NCBI RefSeq assembly: GCF_004010195.1
Contig: NC_057719.1
Location: forward strand, 75,017,106-75,072,429
Length of the DNA: 55,324 nt
Direction: 5' to 3'
DNA from: Chiloscyllium plagiosum
Lineage: Eukaryota
Of this stretch, positions 12,132-24,604 are shown piece after piece. The notes beneath the pieces are model-generated. The model had not been told where the DNA came from. It did no database searches and was given only the letters and a program-made list of their open reading frames with translations. The position numbers were made by a program, and so were the translations under genes. Each line of letters opens with the position of its first letter. Position 1 is the stretch's first letter.

Positions 12132-12277
12132 AAAAACAAGGACTGCAGATGCTGGAAACCAGAGTATAGATTAGAGTGGTGCTGGGAAAGCACAGCAGGT
12201 CAGGCAGCATCCGAGGAGCAGGAAATGTCGATTTTCCTACTCCTCGGATGCTGCCTGACCTGCTGTGCTCCAATCTA
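12132..12277. mobile_element. PLE family A fold-back insertion lacking the ribozyme core, 16-bp TSD
   Basis: GACCTTCAATTCAGGT at 12116-12131 and 12278-12293. Inverted arms about 12189-12225 / 12233-12269. Confidence 0.88.
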
Positions 12278-12816
12278 GACCTTCAATTCAGGTCACACTC
12301 AGCAACATTTACAATGTGTTCCAGTTTAAAGACTTCTGTGAGGACACTGCTTTCCACTCAGTGGACAAGCCAAGTTCACGTAGATTGTTGTTCGTCATAT
12401 AGAGTCAAATGATTATTTTCATTTTTTTGTAAAAAAATGTAGTTTTGCTGTAGTTATTGTGGGCAGAAGTCTTGTCCCCATTTATACCTTGTTTTTCTTG
12501 ATGTTGAGCCTCGTTCAGTTTGCAATCACCCCACCCAATCAAAATGAAACTTGTATCATTAAGGTTGAGCTATCCAGTTCCTCCTTGCAGTTTGAGTCTT
12601 TTTATGGCAATGGCTTGCAAAACTGAAGCCATGGTTAATCAGCCCTTCAAAATCCTGCGTTTATTGAAAATACTTCCTCATCTTTGAAAGGGTTGCAGTG
12701 TGTTCAGGACTAGCTTTACAGTAGCTGTAACTTTAAATTTATTTTATATACAGTATGTATATGTATTCAGCTATTGATTATTCACAAAAGGGATAAAGTG
12801 TGAGCTGACTGCATCC

Positions 12817-13099
12817 GATTAGATCCCCTACAGTGTGGAAACAGGCCATTCAGCCCAACAAGTCCACGCTGCCCCTCCGAAGAGTAACCCACCCAGACCA
12901 TTTCCCTCTGACTAACACACCTTAACCTATGGGCAGTTTAGCACGGCCAATTCACCTAACCTGCATATCTTTGTGACTGTGGGAGGAAACTGGAGCACAC
13001 CCACGCAGACACGAGGAGAATGTGCAAACTCCACACAGGCAGTTGCCCGAGGCTGGAATCGAACCTGGGACCCTGGTGCTATGAGGCAGCTGTGCTAAC
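12817..13099 (-). mobile_element. V-SINE (HE1-like), near full length
   Basis: tRNA-like head, central ggagtttgcacattctcc..gcgtggg..gtttcctcccacagtc domain, LINE-like tail. Confidence 0.88.
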
Positions 13100-14076
13100 A
13101 GCAACCACAGAGCAGTCATTACATAGTTATAGGGCCATGTGGTACTACTGGAGAAATAATGGCACCCTTAAAGAAGCACCCTGTTAGTAATGTTAAATCA
13201 ACCAGAATATTTAAGCAAATCAGAGATAGACTTTGCATTACTTGCAGAACTTGCTGATCCATTTAAGCCATCCACTGTTCACTTTGGTAAAAAGTGGCAT
13301 CTGACACTTCATTTCCAAGTTAATATTAAGAACTGGTTGGATTGTATATTAAATATTCACTCAACCTGCTACAGCAAGTTAATTAAATGTTCAACTACCT
13401 TTTTAACATTGTAATTTTTAACGTGATAGTGATTGACGTTTCTGATCCACAGAGGGGAATAATTTAAACTGATCACTCGCTCCTACATGGAGTCAGTACT
13501 TAGAAATTTTAAAGATGCCTCATTTCAAATGTTAATGCTTTATCTTACTTCTCCTTTCTGTCCCTTTTTCTACTCCTCTGCTTTATCTAATCTGTCCTCT
13601 CTCTTTCCGTCAAACTGTCAAACCTACAATGAATTGGGGATAGGTCAGGAGATAACATTTTTAAAATCCTGTGCCTACTTTTGTGTTTAAAGGAGATGGG
13701 GGAAGAGGCTGGGCAGGCTATTGAAATAATTTAACCTGCATTGCAGGTATTGCAGTGATCTGTTGCATTTCCCAGAAACACTGTTAAAATTCTTATCCTT
13801 GTATTTAATTTCCCCGCTGTTACACTCCTTCCTGTCACTGTAATTATGTCTGCCTCACACTTTTCTGAGACATCTCTGCTCATCAGATACTGATCTCCCT
13901 GAATATCCCTAAATTTAATGGCTCCATCATTTGCTTTGTAATTGCCTCACCGCCAGCCTCCTGGAGAGTAGGTAGTGATGAGCAACAAAGTCTAGCCCAT
14001 CCAGCAAAACTCACATTCCACAAAAGAACTAAAAAAGCAATGTTTGGAGCCAGAGGCTTGAATATAGGTTTACATG

Positions 14077-14272
14077 GAGAAAGTGAGGACTGCAGATGCT
14101 GGAGATCAGAGCTGAAAATGTGTTGCTGGAAAAGCGCAGCAGTTCAGGCAGTATCCAAGCGCAGCAGGTCAGGCATGCTAATTCCTGAAGAAGGGCTCAT
14201 GCCCGAAACGTCGATTCTCCTGCTCCTTGGATGCTGCCTGACCTGCTGCGCTTTCCAGCAACACATTTTCAG
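14077..14272. mobile_element. PLE family A fold-back insertion, 14-bp TSD
   Basis: TATAGGTTTACATG at 14063-14076 and 14273-14286. Inverted arms ctgaaaatgtgttgctggaaa / tttccagcaacacattttcag. Confidence 0.9.
14181..14216 (+). ncRNA. Minimal hammerhead ribozyme motif (family A), core intact
   Basis: attc-CTGAAGA(14185-91)-A-GGGC-tcat-GCCC-GAAA(14205-08)-CGTC-gatt. Predicted cleavage after GUC at 14212. Confidence 0.78.
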
Positions 14273-15974
14273 TATAGGTTTACATGACAAGGTGTAGAAT
14301 TTTGCTTTTAATGCCACTATGAAAATGATTAGTTTTGTTAAGGGTGCTACATAAATGCAAGTAATTGTTGTATTCAGAGTATAGGGAATTGGGGAAATTT
14401 GTCTTCAATTACAAATGAACTGGTAACTGAAAGGCATAAAATTAAGGTAGCCAAAGAAAAGTTACGGGGAGAGAGAGGCCCGATCAGAAACAACAATGAT
14501 AGTAGAATCCATTGTACCTTTTAATAAGGAAAGGGATAAATACTTGAGAAGGAACTGTGATGACTGTTTCTCTGTCATATAATTGACACTATTCACCAGA
14601 AGGCCATGTCAGGTGAATAACATCGCCCTGTTTAACTTTATTTTACAATAGAAAAAAATCATGTGGTCATGAAACTTTCAGCGCCTTCAAGATCAAGGGT
14701 TTTTCCAGAAATTTAATGCTGCAGCTGACGTCAAGTTGAAATGTTTACTTAAGATACAGAAAAAAAAACTTCAGTGCACTGATGCAAGATAATGTAAAGT
14801 ACCGTCCGTGAATTTAAGAATGTTAGTTTTAATCTTAATTTCATTTTTAAGAGAAAGCTCAGCCCCTTAAAATCAAATGTGCCGACAAAACTGTGAGAAG
14901 GTACATATTCCCAGCCTCACTTTTCTGAGAATGACTGAATGCAATATTTGGGAATGTTTACGTGGTTCGCTCATTCTTACACAGAATTCATGATTAACCC
15001 GATGTATCATGGCTTGTGTGACTAAGCTGGGAATGATGTGAATTGTAAATGCTATTGTCTGCCTTCTATATGCAAGTTCCTCCCTGCTGCACAATTTATT
15101 TCTTTTTATCCATTGTTTAAACAGTAGTTTTCTATTGAAATCTGCCCTGGATGGAAGACCATATGTGACCTATTGGCTGTGGCTTGCTCTGGTCAGATGT
15201 TGTTACAGGTGCCAAAATGCTTTGTTCGTCCACTCCTTTGTTGGGGAGAGGGGAGGGGGGGTTGGGAGTGGAGGAGAGGCCCCCCCCAGGGAAGCCAGTA
15301 AAAGTTCACAAGGTGCCAGGTCAGTGTGGCGCACTAAGTGATTTCACAGTTACTTACCATTGCAGGAGTTTCAGTTTTCTTTGTGTACTCAAGCTGGGCT
15401 AAACTAGGTGGGAAATAAAGCACCGCGTTCATAGCTAAATACAATGGGTAAGGGCCTTATCAGCTGTTCTATGCTAGAATGCACTGTTGCTAGCACATGT
15501 TTGTAAGTAACATGCACAGTTGTGTTTGGAGCAACGTGGATGTGATTTGGTGCTGTTCAGTTCACACCTTCCTGACTGCTCAGTTTCTGCTGGAAGGTTA
15601 AAAGCACGAGTTGAGCTGAAAGCCTCCCACATTCCTGCGTCCACCTCGATGGGGGAAGAGAAAGCTCAGCAGCCCCTCCCCCAGAGACTGCATGGCCAGA
15701 TGTGCATAACTCCCACTACTCAAGCTCAACAAGCCTTCACTCCCAGTTCAATAGAAAATTGTTTTCTGCTGTAAGATTGTTGATTTTATTTTCCCTGAGA
15801 ATAGATCCCGACTGATAGTTGTAAAAATAGTGGCAATTTGTGCCGAAGGCAGGACTACTTTAAGCCCCAGGTATAATTTGTTCAGGCTGCCCAAACAAAG
15901 AAGTGACGGTGTGCTAACGTAGTGAACAGCCATGCCTGGTACACGTCTGGTATTTGTAACACAAACCAACATTG

Positions 15975-16242
15975 AGAAAAGGAACTGAAACCAACATAGC
16001 CATTCTAAAAGATAGGAGACTTAACAAGCAATCCAGGTCTTTTTCAATATACCATTTCAGTTCCATCACACTGTAAACTTTTGCTATAAATTCTGTGTCT
16101 TATGACCTTATACTCTACAACCACCTGATGAACGAGCAGCGGTCCGAAAGCTAGTGCTTCCAAATAAACCTGTTGGACTATAACCTGGTGTTGTGTGATT
16201 TTTAACTTTGTCCACTCCAGTCCAACACCGGCTCCTTCAAAT
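15975..16242 (+). mobile_element. PLE-derived terminal repeat (family B)
   Basis: Shares gctagtgcttccaaataaacctgttggactataacctggtgttg with 47157-47361. Confidence 0.8.
16121..16156 (+). ncRNA. Minimal hammerhead motif (family B), stem II damaged
   Basis: cCAC-CTGATGA-A-cgagc-agc-ggtcc-GAAA-GCTA-GTG. Helix I CAC/GTG, helix III palindrome AGCT, two mismatches in stem II. Confidence 0.6.
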
Positions 16243-16517
16243 CGAGAAAATATGATATTGCTACCCACCGGAAAGCAGGATGCGAATCTGAAAGCAATTT
16301 TTAACTGAAACGTCACACAATTCAGACAGAGGGAAGAATTCACATAATTTCTTGTTGAAAGGGAGAGGAAGATTATTGAGCACTCCTAGCTTTTAGCTCC
16401 ATGAGTCAACCAGGTGACCATGCATTGACTGCCTTTTACAGTATACAGAGCCCATACCTGGCATGAGCCCAACTAGTTTCCAATGTGTATTTTGAGTATT
16501 GCTCTTGTGTCTTCCAG

Positions 16518-16600
16518 TTACCAAAACCCGGACTGTGACAGCAATGCCAGATCTAAGCTCCTGGAGGGAGATGACCCATTCAAGGACAAAGAGCTGCAAG
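16518..16600 (+). CDS. SMOC1: SMOC1-like 83-bp exon (end of thyroglobulin domain plus linker)
   Basis: Acceptor tgtcttccAG, donor G|GTAATA. Translates (R)YQNPDCDSNARSKLLEGDDPFKDKELQ(G), resembling recalled SMOC1 YVMPSCESDARAK..DDPFKDRELPG. Phase compatible with the previous exon. Confidence 0.93.
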
Positions 16601-17837
16601 GTAATACCCTTTTCACATCACCATTTCCTCGTCAGCATGATAGAGAGTGATCAGAGTCTACTGGGGCAAGACCACTGCCAAATATCGCTGTCTTTGAGTC
16701 ATTTTTCATGATTGTAGAAGAGACACATGTTATTTGACTGATTGGCTTTTAATTGATTGCAGATTAAACCATCTCAAATATTGATAGTGAATTAGAAAAA
16801 AAAACACAGTTGAGCCCCCCCCCACCTGTCATCAGACTCCCTACCCTCTGCCTGCCTTGCCCCTCGATATTGATTGATGTTAAAGTCTGATCCGCTGCCA
16901 CTTACACGGTTAAGAAAATCTCCTGTGCCAGTGATATTGGGCAATGATGCAAAGGGCAAAGTTCTCGGAGTGACACCAAGAGCTTCTTCATGGATCTACA
17001 GTCAAAAACCTTTAAAGAAGACCCAGAGATCAGTGATTAAATCAGTGCTGAGTCACACAGGCTAAAAGGATCTGAGGCTCATAGGACTCAACACGTTCAG
17101 GCAAATGCCAAGCAACGAAAAGATGATGTTTAGATCGCTTTATAGATATAGATTGCTTTACACTAAAACCCACCATCAAATGAAGAATGCAGAATCAGAG
17201 CTACTTTTTAAACATTCTCTGGCGGTCCAAACTTCATGTGTTTGTCACTGCAAATGTTGGCAATCAAACGAATATATACTGAAACTGAATAGATTACACC
17301 TTTCCAGTAAATCCACAATACCTCCAATTGTGAGGTATCTGCTTGAGTGAGATAGTCAAATAATCACTCTTTATGCAAGCAAGCCATCAAGAATCTAATT
17401 TACTTTTCTTATAGGTGTAGTGAATATCGCAAAAGATCTTTAGATGAATCCACTGAGCCACAAAGCCTGAAAAAGGAATGAATTAAAATGAGATTCATTC
17501 AGCCTACTCTAGACAGTTTCTACTCAGCTAATTGTACGAAATAAGTGTCTCTGATCTCAAAGTGGATCATAGTCTATTCAGGGTTTGTTGTTTAGGTGAT
17601 CAGTTTCTTGCATTGCATAGGGCTACCCTGTACAGATGTTATTAACAGCCACTCGATAGTAGAGAATTTGAATATTGTTGGAGAGCTGTTGAACCTTATC
17701 ATCTTACACTGATCAGGACAAATGCATGAATGGCAAATCTCAAATGATCGCAATAACTTATAGAGTGCTGATTAGTTGGCAATGTTCAGTGACATGCATT
17801 CGTTTGCAGGGATCATTTTCTGCAGACAAAAGCAATA

Positions 17838-18050
17838 CAGGTGGTTCCCAATTTATGAATGTCTGACTTAAAAACATTCATGCATACAGGATCCTGTACA
17901 GGAGTGGATTAATAGTAACTTTAAAGACCCAACGTGTGAATGATTCCTGTACTTACAAATGGCTATTTTATATTGTCCTGCATTGTGTTCTGATTCGCGT
18001 ACAAACTGATTTGCAATAACACTAAACATTTGCAACCTGGGGTTGGCTAG
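17838..18050. mobile_element. Degenerate Tigger-like MITE
   Basis: ta-CAGGTGGTTCCCAATTTATGAA start and ttgcaacctggggttggct end form a weak TIR pair. Confidence 0.45.
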
Positions 18051-19117
18051 ATGATGAAGCCTTGTGCCATTTTTGAATTACCTGAGAGATCAGGGAGCTC
18101 TCAATTTCTCATTGGTTTCTCCATGGCATCACCATAACCAGTCTGAATCAATTAGTGCCCTTTACTCCTGTGGGTAAATTGTGATCACTTGAAGTTTGGT
18201 CTTTTTACAAATATTATTCTGGATGTTTACTGGTGTTTGGCAATCAGGTTGTTTAACTTTATTGAAGGCTGTGGAGTTCCTGGCTAGGTACAACGTAGGA
18301 GGATGTTCTGTATGGACCTGCAACATCATGGCATTCTGCTGAAGTAACACCGTGCTCTTTGTACAGCCTAACATTCCATTGCACAAATTCAGTGGAGTGG
18401 AACTTCATGATGTTGTGGTGATAAAAGATAGCCAAGAAATGTCGGTAACAGTCAGATTGCTAAGCTCTTCCTTATAACTGAACCCCCTCTGTGAACACTT
18501 CCTGCTTATTATTCCTCAAGTAGGTCTTAGAAGTGTGTATTTCAATAACTGTTATTTTGGTGTCTACATTTGAAAAGCCATCATCAGAATTTATTGCAGG
18601 AAGTAAATGCTGATCTGGGCTTGATCCTCCAGGTTTAAGCATTGTTTTGTTTTGAAATGTGATTATTACTGACCAGCATTTATTGCCCATCCCTAATTGC
18701 CCTTGTGAATGCAGGCTGTGTTAGATGGGTACTGCAGCACAGTGCTGTTAGGAACGGCAACCTCCTAGCTGGGCTTAGCTCTCACTTACTGGTGTCTATC
18801 ACACTCTGTCTGGCTCGTTGAGGTAAATGAGGAGGTTTTCCTCCTTCCCTCAGAAAGCTGCTCCTGTTCTCGCGGTTCTCCAGCAGATTGCCTCACTGCC
18901 AGGGTGATGTGTCTCTCCACTTGCATCCCCAGCCCCTCCACTCGCCTTGCCTGGTCCTAGCAGAGGAACCACACTCTCAGGAGTCCTGGCCATGCCATTG
19001 GCTCTACTGCAGCCCTGGTCACCAGCTTGGTGACGGTGCCATGCCGGTTAAGTGACCAACACATGACATCAAAAAGGAAGTTCCACTATTCCATTCCCAT
19101 CCCAGGCCCTGTATCGA

Positions 19118-19800
19118 TCTTTTTTATTGACTCGTGAGATATGAGTGTCACTGACTGGGCCAACTTTTATTGACCATCCCTATTTGCCCTTGAGAAGGTG
19201 GGAGTGACGTGCCTTCCTGGATTTGCTGCAGTCCATTTGCTGTAGGTTGACATTCAATGCATTTAGGGGGAATTTTTGACCTAGCGACAGTGAAGCAATG
19301 GCAATATTTCCAAGTTAGGTTGGTGAGTGACTTGGGGGGAGTCTTGCAGGTTCACATATATCTGCTGCCCTGGTCCTTCCAACTGAAAGTGGTCATGGGT
19401 TTGGAAGGTGCTGACTAAGGATCTTTGGTGAATTTCTGCAGTGCATCTTGTAGCTAGTACACAGTGCTGCTACTGAGCATCGTTGATGGAGGGAGTAAGT
19501 GTTGTGGATGTGGTGCCAATCACACTGTGGACTGCTTTGTCCTGGATGGTGTCAAACTTCCTGAGAGTTGTGGGAGCCGCATTCATCTATGCAAGTGGGA
19601 GAGTGTCCTGTCACATTCCTGACTTGTGCCTTGTTGGTAGTCGTCAGGCTTTGGGGAGTCTGAAGGTGAGTCTGAAGGAATACTGCAACATTCCTAGCCT
19701 CTCACCTGGTCTTGTAGCCACTGTGATGATATGGCTGAATCAGTAGAGTTTTTGGTCAATGGTAACGCCCATGATATTGATAGTTGGTGATTCAGTGATG
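19118..19800 (-). mobile_element. CR1/L2-clade LINE 3' fragment (third family)
   Basis: Poly-T start, tttattgaccatccctatttgcccttgagaaggtgg. Homologous to 46860-47945, 39220-39590 and 43480-43830. Confidence 0.7.
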
Positions 19801-20694
19801 TCAACATCAATCATTCACATTTTAATTCAGCATATTGCCATACTAATGACATTTGATAAAATGACGTTCCCCTCCTCTCACAGCACCCTTGGAAGTTCCA
19901 AAGTTGATGGGATGCTTTTGACCAGCAGTCTCTTTCTTCTAAATTGCTGTTGACTTCTGAAATTGTGATCCCCATGTTCGGTTTCCCAGCACCAATGGAA
20001 TGGTGCAAATCACCTTTATCCAGCATTTGGAGCTGAAGCACATTCAGTTTGCATATCCTGTAGGTGTCAAATTGGTGTCATGGTGTGCCACATAGTAAGA
20101 CATCCCTCTACCTGGGCAGATCCCTACTCACTGTCTGTAAACAAAAGCGTGACACGATGGAAGTACTGGTAGCCGTTTGCTCTGGCTGAGGCATATGTGT
20201 GCTGAGAGGCATGACCTAGCAAGGCAAGGTATGGATTCTGTGAGCATGCAGCTAGGCACTAAGTGAGTCAGAGAGTGCTAAGTGAACACGGGAGTAGCCC
20301 TGAGATGCAGCCTGATCCAACCCATGAGCTAGGTGCCTGTTCCTGTACACAAAGTGTCTTTGCAGCAGCCTAGGTAGCAGTGCGCCCTACAAAAGCAGAC
20401 CTGTGCTTCCTAAATATCAGCAAGTGGATTGGAGAGATGCATGAGGAATGTGAGGAGTTGGCACACGCTGGATGCCAATGTCTGTGGATAAGGGCTGGCA
20501 TGCGGCTGGTGCCGATGTATCGTGCCCTGAGATGTTGCCAAGTGTGAAGCAACATAGAGCCTTTTCATAGCCAGTAGTTTAGTAAGGTTGCCAGGTACTT
20601 TCATCTTGAGAATTCTTGATGTCTGATTTGTTTGCCGTGGTTTGGTAAGAAAAGGAAGCTGATGATTAATAAGCTGTTCACTAAATAAAACCCG

Positions 20695-21040
20695 TAAGAA
20701 CTGTGGATGCTGTAAATCAGAAACAAAAGCAGAAATTGCTGGAAAAGTTCAGTAGGTCTGGCAGCAACTGTGAAGAGAAAAGTTAGTGTTTCACGTCAAG
20801 TGACTCTTCCACGGAACAACTTATGGATCAATGTTCATGAGTTGAGAATTTGCAGTGGCTGGAGTGGAGTTTATAATTACAACTTTGTGAACCTTCCCCA
20901 GAAATATTCCTTTGGAGAAAAAGACAAAGAAAATTACCTCTTTGGATAGTTCTGAGGGTGGGTCATTTGATCTGAAACATTATCTCTGATTTCTGTCCAC
21001 AGATGCTGTCAGACCTGCCGAGCTTTTCCAGTAATTTCTA
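20695..21040. mobile_element. Inverted pair of PLE family C terminal fragments
   Basis: gaaattgctggaaaagttcagtaggtctggcagca (about 20730-20765) vs tgctgtcagacctgccgagcttttccagtaatttc (about 21004-21038). Decayed hammerhead agttCTGAGGgtgggtcatttgatctGAAAcatt near 20948. Confidence 0.65.
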
Positions 21041-21205
21041 TTCATGAGCTGAGTTGTGTTAGTAAGATGTTTAACAAACAATACTCCCCCTTAATTAGCA
21101 CCTCACCATTACTTGGTGAGAAACTCACCTGGCTGTCTAGAAGATACATAAAAGATGCAGCATCCCAGTGTTGAGATGGATATTGCCAGACTCCTCTTCC
21201 AATAT

Positions 21206-21297
21206 GAGAGTGTGGTGCTGGAAAAGCGCAGCAGGTCAGACAGCATCTGAGGTGCAGGAGAATCAACGTTTCAGGCATAAGCCCTTCATCAGGAATT
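21206..21297 (-). mobile_element. PLE family A fragment carrying a hammerhead motif (21262-21297)
   Basis: Minus strand attc-CTGATGA-A-GGGC-ttat-GCCT-GAAA-CGTT-gatt. Confidence 0.78.
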
Positions 21298-23062
21298 CAT
21301 CTCCTTTCCTCTTCCGATACTGCCACAATTGTCACCATTGCCCACATTGTTCCAGGCTCTACAAAATTTTGTTAGTTTCCTGTTAACCACAGAAAATCCA
21401 AAGAACGCTAATGTGAACTATTACACTCAGAAGGCAGTATAAATTGTTGACCTTTGGTGTTGTGCTGGTTTAAATAATACACACTGATTTGATCCTGAAT
21501 CTAGTCGGCTTTCAGAAAGATCTATGTCTTGGCAATCATCAGACGTTTTTATATCTCCTTTGAAAAACACATGGTCATAGTTTTCATCTTCAGACTGATG
21601 TCAGTGAGTGAAATGGTTTTCCTTGTCCTCATCCTATATTATTGACCACATTTTTTTAATTTTACAGAAAATATCCAAGGTTAAAATGGGGTTAGTGTTA
21701 CAAATCATGAGGGAGCAGCCAGGAATTAAATACCTCACTTTTCTTTCTCAAGTAAATGCCTTCCAACTCAAACTTGCAAAGTAAATCTTTAACTGTAGTG
21801 GTATTCCTGTCCGTACCTCCTTTCCAGTGCCGTTTAGACTGACAACTTTTCTTGTAGAAAATAGGTACATGGTTTCCCCCTCCATACTTTACAAGGATAT
21901 CTTGCTGGAAATGTACAACTTGCACTTATAAGGACAAATGGAAGAGCACTAATTTTCATAAGATCACAACAATTTGCATTAGAGGAGAATTAGATGTTTG
22001 GCAAGTGTACTCTGATTATTTCCTCCATAGCAACACCTCAACCAATGAGGCTCTTTGGCAAAGTGTTTACAGCCAGAAGTAGAATAAGAAGAAATTAAAA
22101 CAGACTCAACTGTAAATCATAGGCTGCTGAAGATTTCTGACAAAACAATCCATTTTTTTGCTGCTTTCTGGATGCACTCAAGTTTATCCAGAGAGTCGCT
22201 GAGCTGTGTACATTAACCAGAGTTAAACCCTTGAGCTGTGCTGTGTCAGCTGACCTCTGCCACTGGAGATCCTGCAATTCACTTCATAAGTCGGAATCAG
22301 GGAAAGCAAAACCTATTGGGATTTCCAGTTATAGCTATTCAACAACCTTGCTGGAAATATTGATACCATCACTAGAACAGGATTTCCAATACTCCACCAT
22401 TGTGTTATATGACATATACTAGATGTAGTATACTACTGTTCCCTCTGGACTTTACTATTCCAATGCTTTCCAAACTTATAAAGTTGAATTCAACCTAAAT
22501 TGTGCATTTTGTATCCTATATTGTGCCAAGTCTCATTTATTTGAGTTTGCTAATCAACATTGGCTCCCATCAACTATTGACTTTATAATGAAATTTTCAG
22601 TCTCATATTCAAATGCCTAGGTGGTGTCAGTTCTCTATGTCTCTACCTCAACAACGCCCCATAAGATCTGTTTCCTTCCAACTCTGTGTCTTCTCTTGAA
22701 CATTTCCCACTACCGTCATGGCCATTGGTGGCTGTGCCTGTACAGATCCTAAGCTCAGGAAGTCCATGCTTAAACCTTTCATCACTGTCAGTCACTTAAA
22801 CTTATGTCTCTGACCAGCTGTATGCCCACCTGTCCTAATGTCTCCATCTTTAGCTTACTGCCAATTTCGGTTTGAATATCTGTGTGGCTCTATAATGAAG
22901 GCTCTATAATAAACACAAGCTCCTGTGTAGCAATAGGAGGTAACCTTATGAGATTCTTTGATTGGTCCTCAATTGTTGTGGACAGAGTGAGAATGAACTG
23001 CTGAATTTACAGGTCCCTTTGGAACTCTCCGTAATCAGTAAGCTTGTGGGAGGAAGATTCTA

Positions 23063-23383
23063 GGGACGGCACAGTGGCACAGTGGTTAGCACTGCTGCCT
23101 CACAGCGCCAGAGACCCGGGTCCAATTCCCGCCTCTGGCAACTGTCTGTGTGGAGTTGGCACATTCTCCCAGTATCTGTGTGGGTTTCCTCCGGGTGCTC
23201 TGGTTTCCTCCCACAGTCCAAAAAAAAAGTGCGGGTTAGGTGAATTGGCCATGCTAAATTGCCCGTAGTGTTAGGTGAAGGGGTAAATGTAGGGGAATTG
23301 GTCTGGGTGGGTTGTTCTTTGGAGGGTTGGTGTGGGCTTGTTGGGCCAAAGAGCCAGTTTCCACACTGTAAGTAATCTAATCT
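23063..23383 (+). mobile_element. V-SINE (HE1-like), full length
   Basis: ggcacagtggcacagtggttagcactgctgcctcacagcgccag head, V-domain, aatctaatct tail. Confidence 0.9.
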
Positions 23384-23607
23384 CATCATGTCTTGTTTGA
23401 CCTCTGAGTGTGTGGACAGTTTGAAGAACCAGTCGCAAAACTTCAAGTAAGAAGATTTATGCGCTCACCTCAACATCTAGTGCTGAGGCATTCACTCACA
23501 TGCAAACAAACTCCAGGAATGTACAGTTGTCACAAAGTCGGTTCCATGGAAGCATAGAAAATGGGAACAGGCCATTCAGCCCTTGGAGCCTGGCTGATCA
23601 TCTGACT

Positions 23608-24155
23608 CAGAGTCACAGAGATGTACAGCATGGAAACAGACCCTTCGGTCCAACTGATCCATGACGACCAGATATCCTAACCTAATCTAGATCCATTTGG
23701 CAGCACTTGGCCCATATCCCTCCAAACCCTTCCTATTCATATACCCATCCAGATGTCTTTTAAATGTTGCAGTTGTACCAACCTCCACCACTTCCTCCGG
23801 CAGCCTATTCCACACACGTACCACCCTCTGTGTGAAAAAGTTGCCCCTTAGGTCCCTTTTGTATCTTTCCCCTCTCACCCTAAACCTATGCCCTCTAGTT
23901 CTGGACTCCCCCACCTCAGGGAAAAGATCTTGTCTAATTACCCTATCCATGCCTCTTATGATTTTATAAACCTCTATAAGGACACCCCTCAGCATCCAAC
24001 ACTCCAGGAGAAACAGCCCCAGCCTGTTCAGCCTCTCCCTGTAGCTCAACTCCTCCAATCCTGGCAACGTCCTTGTAAATCTTTTCTGATCCCTTTCACG
24101 TTTCACAACATCTTTCCGATAGGAAGGAGACCAGAATTGCACGCAATATTCCAAC
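23608..24155 (-). mobile_element. CR1 LINE 3' fragment
   Basis: ORF 23687-24181: LEYCVQFWSPSYRKD..RGHRFRVRGERYKRDLRGNFFTQRVVRVWNRLP. Confidence 0.92.
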
Positions 24156-24360
24156 AGTGCCTGCTCCCGCTTTCTCCCCATCCCCTTTGATCTCTTTAGT
24201 CCGAAGAACTATATCTAACTCCTTCTTAAAAACATTCAATGTTTTGGCCTCAACCTTTTTCTGTGGCAGGGAATTCACAGGCTCGCCACTCTCTAAGTGA
24301 AGACATTGCTCCTTATCTCGGTTCTAAGTGGTCTACGTCAGCCCTGGTTCTGGATTCCCA
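24156..24360 (-). mobile_element. CR1 fragment of another subfamily
   Basis: ORF NSLPQKKVEAKTLNVFKKELD. Confidence 0.75.
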
Positions 24361-24604
24361 CTAGCTCGCTCCTTGTAACATCTCACTAGAAGGTCAGCTT
24401 ACTGTTTTGGTAGACCTGCAAAGAAAGAGGTGGATGATTGGTTCTGAAGGTCGAGATGCTATTGGTACTATTGTTGTGTGTCTTTCTACAGTCAGCGCTT
24501 AAAGATTACAAGGGGATAAACATGAGTGCCCTACCATGTAAATTCTCGCCCTCCCCTTAACAAATATAGCATCATTCTTAAGTTGATTCATCACAACCTG
24601 GTTC

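Larger units (their letters stand above)
293..16517 (+). other. SMOC1: SMOC1 intron (GT...AG, phase 2, about 16.2 kb)
   Basis: GTGAGT at 293 and cttccAG ending at 16517. Splicing joins CG+T = Arg and keeps the frame open. Confidence 0.88.

Noticed and set aside
14722..14733. CAGCTGACGTCA (E-box plus CRE)
   Set aside because: A single short motif is expected by chance in 55 kb, and there is no supporting context.
15880..15920. ttcAG|GCTGCCCA (GCP) as an exon start
   Set aside because: It lies upstream of the preceding exon and hits a stop after about 10 codons.
23063..23140. tRNA gene-like sequences at SINE heads
   Set aside because: A/B boxes run straight into SINE bodies, and no complete cloverleaf is evident.
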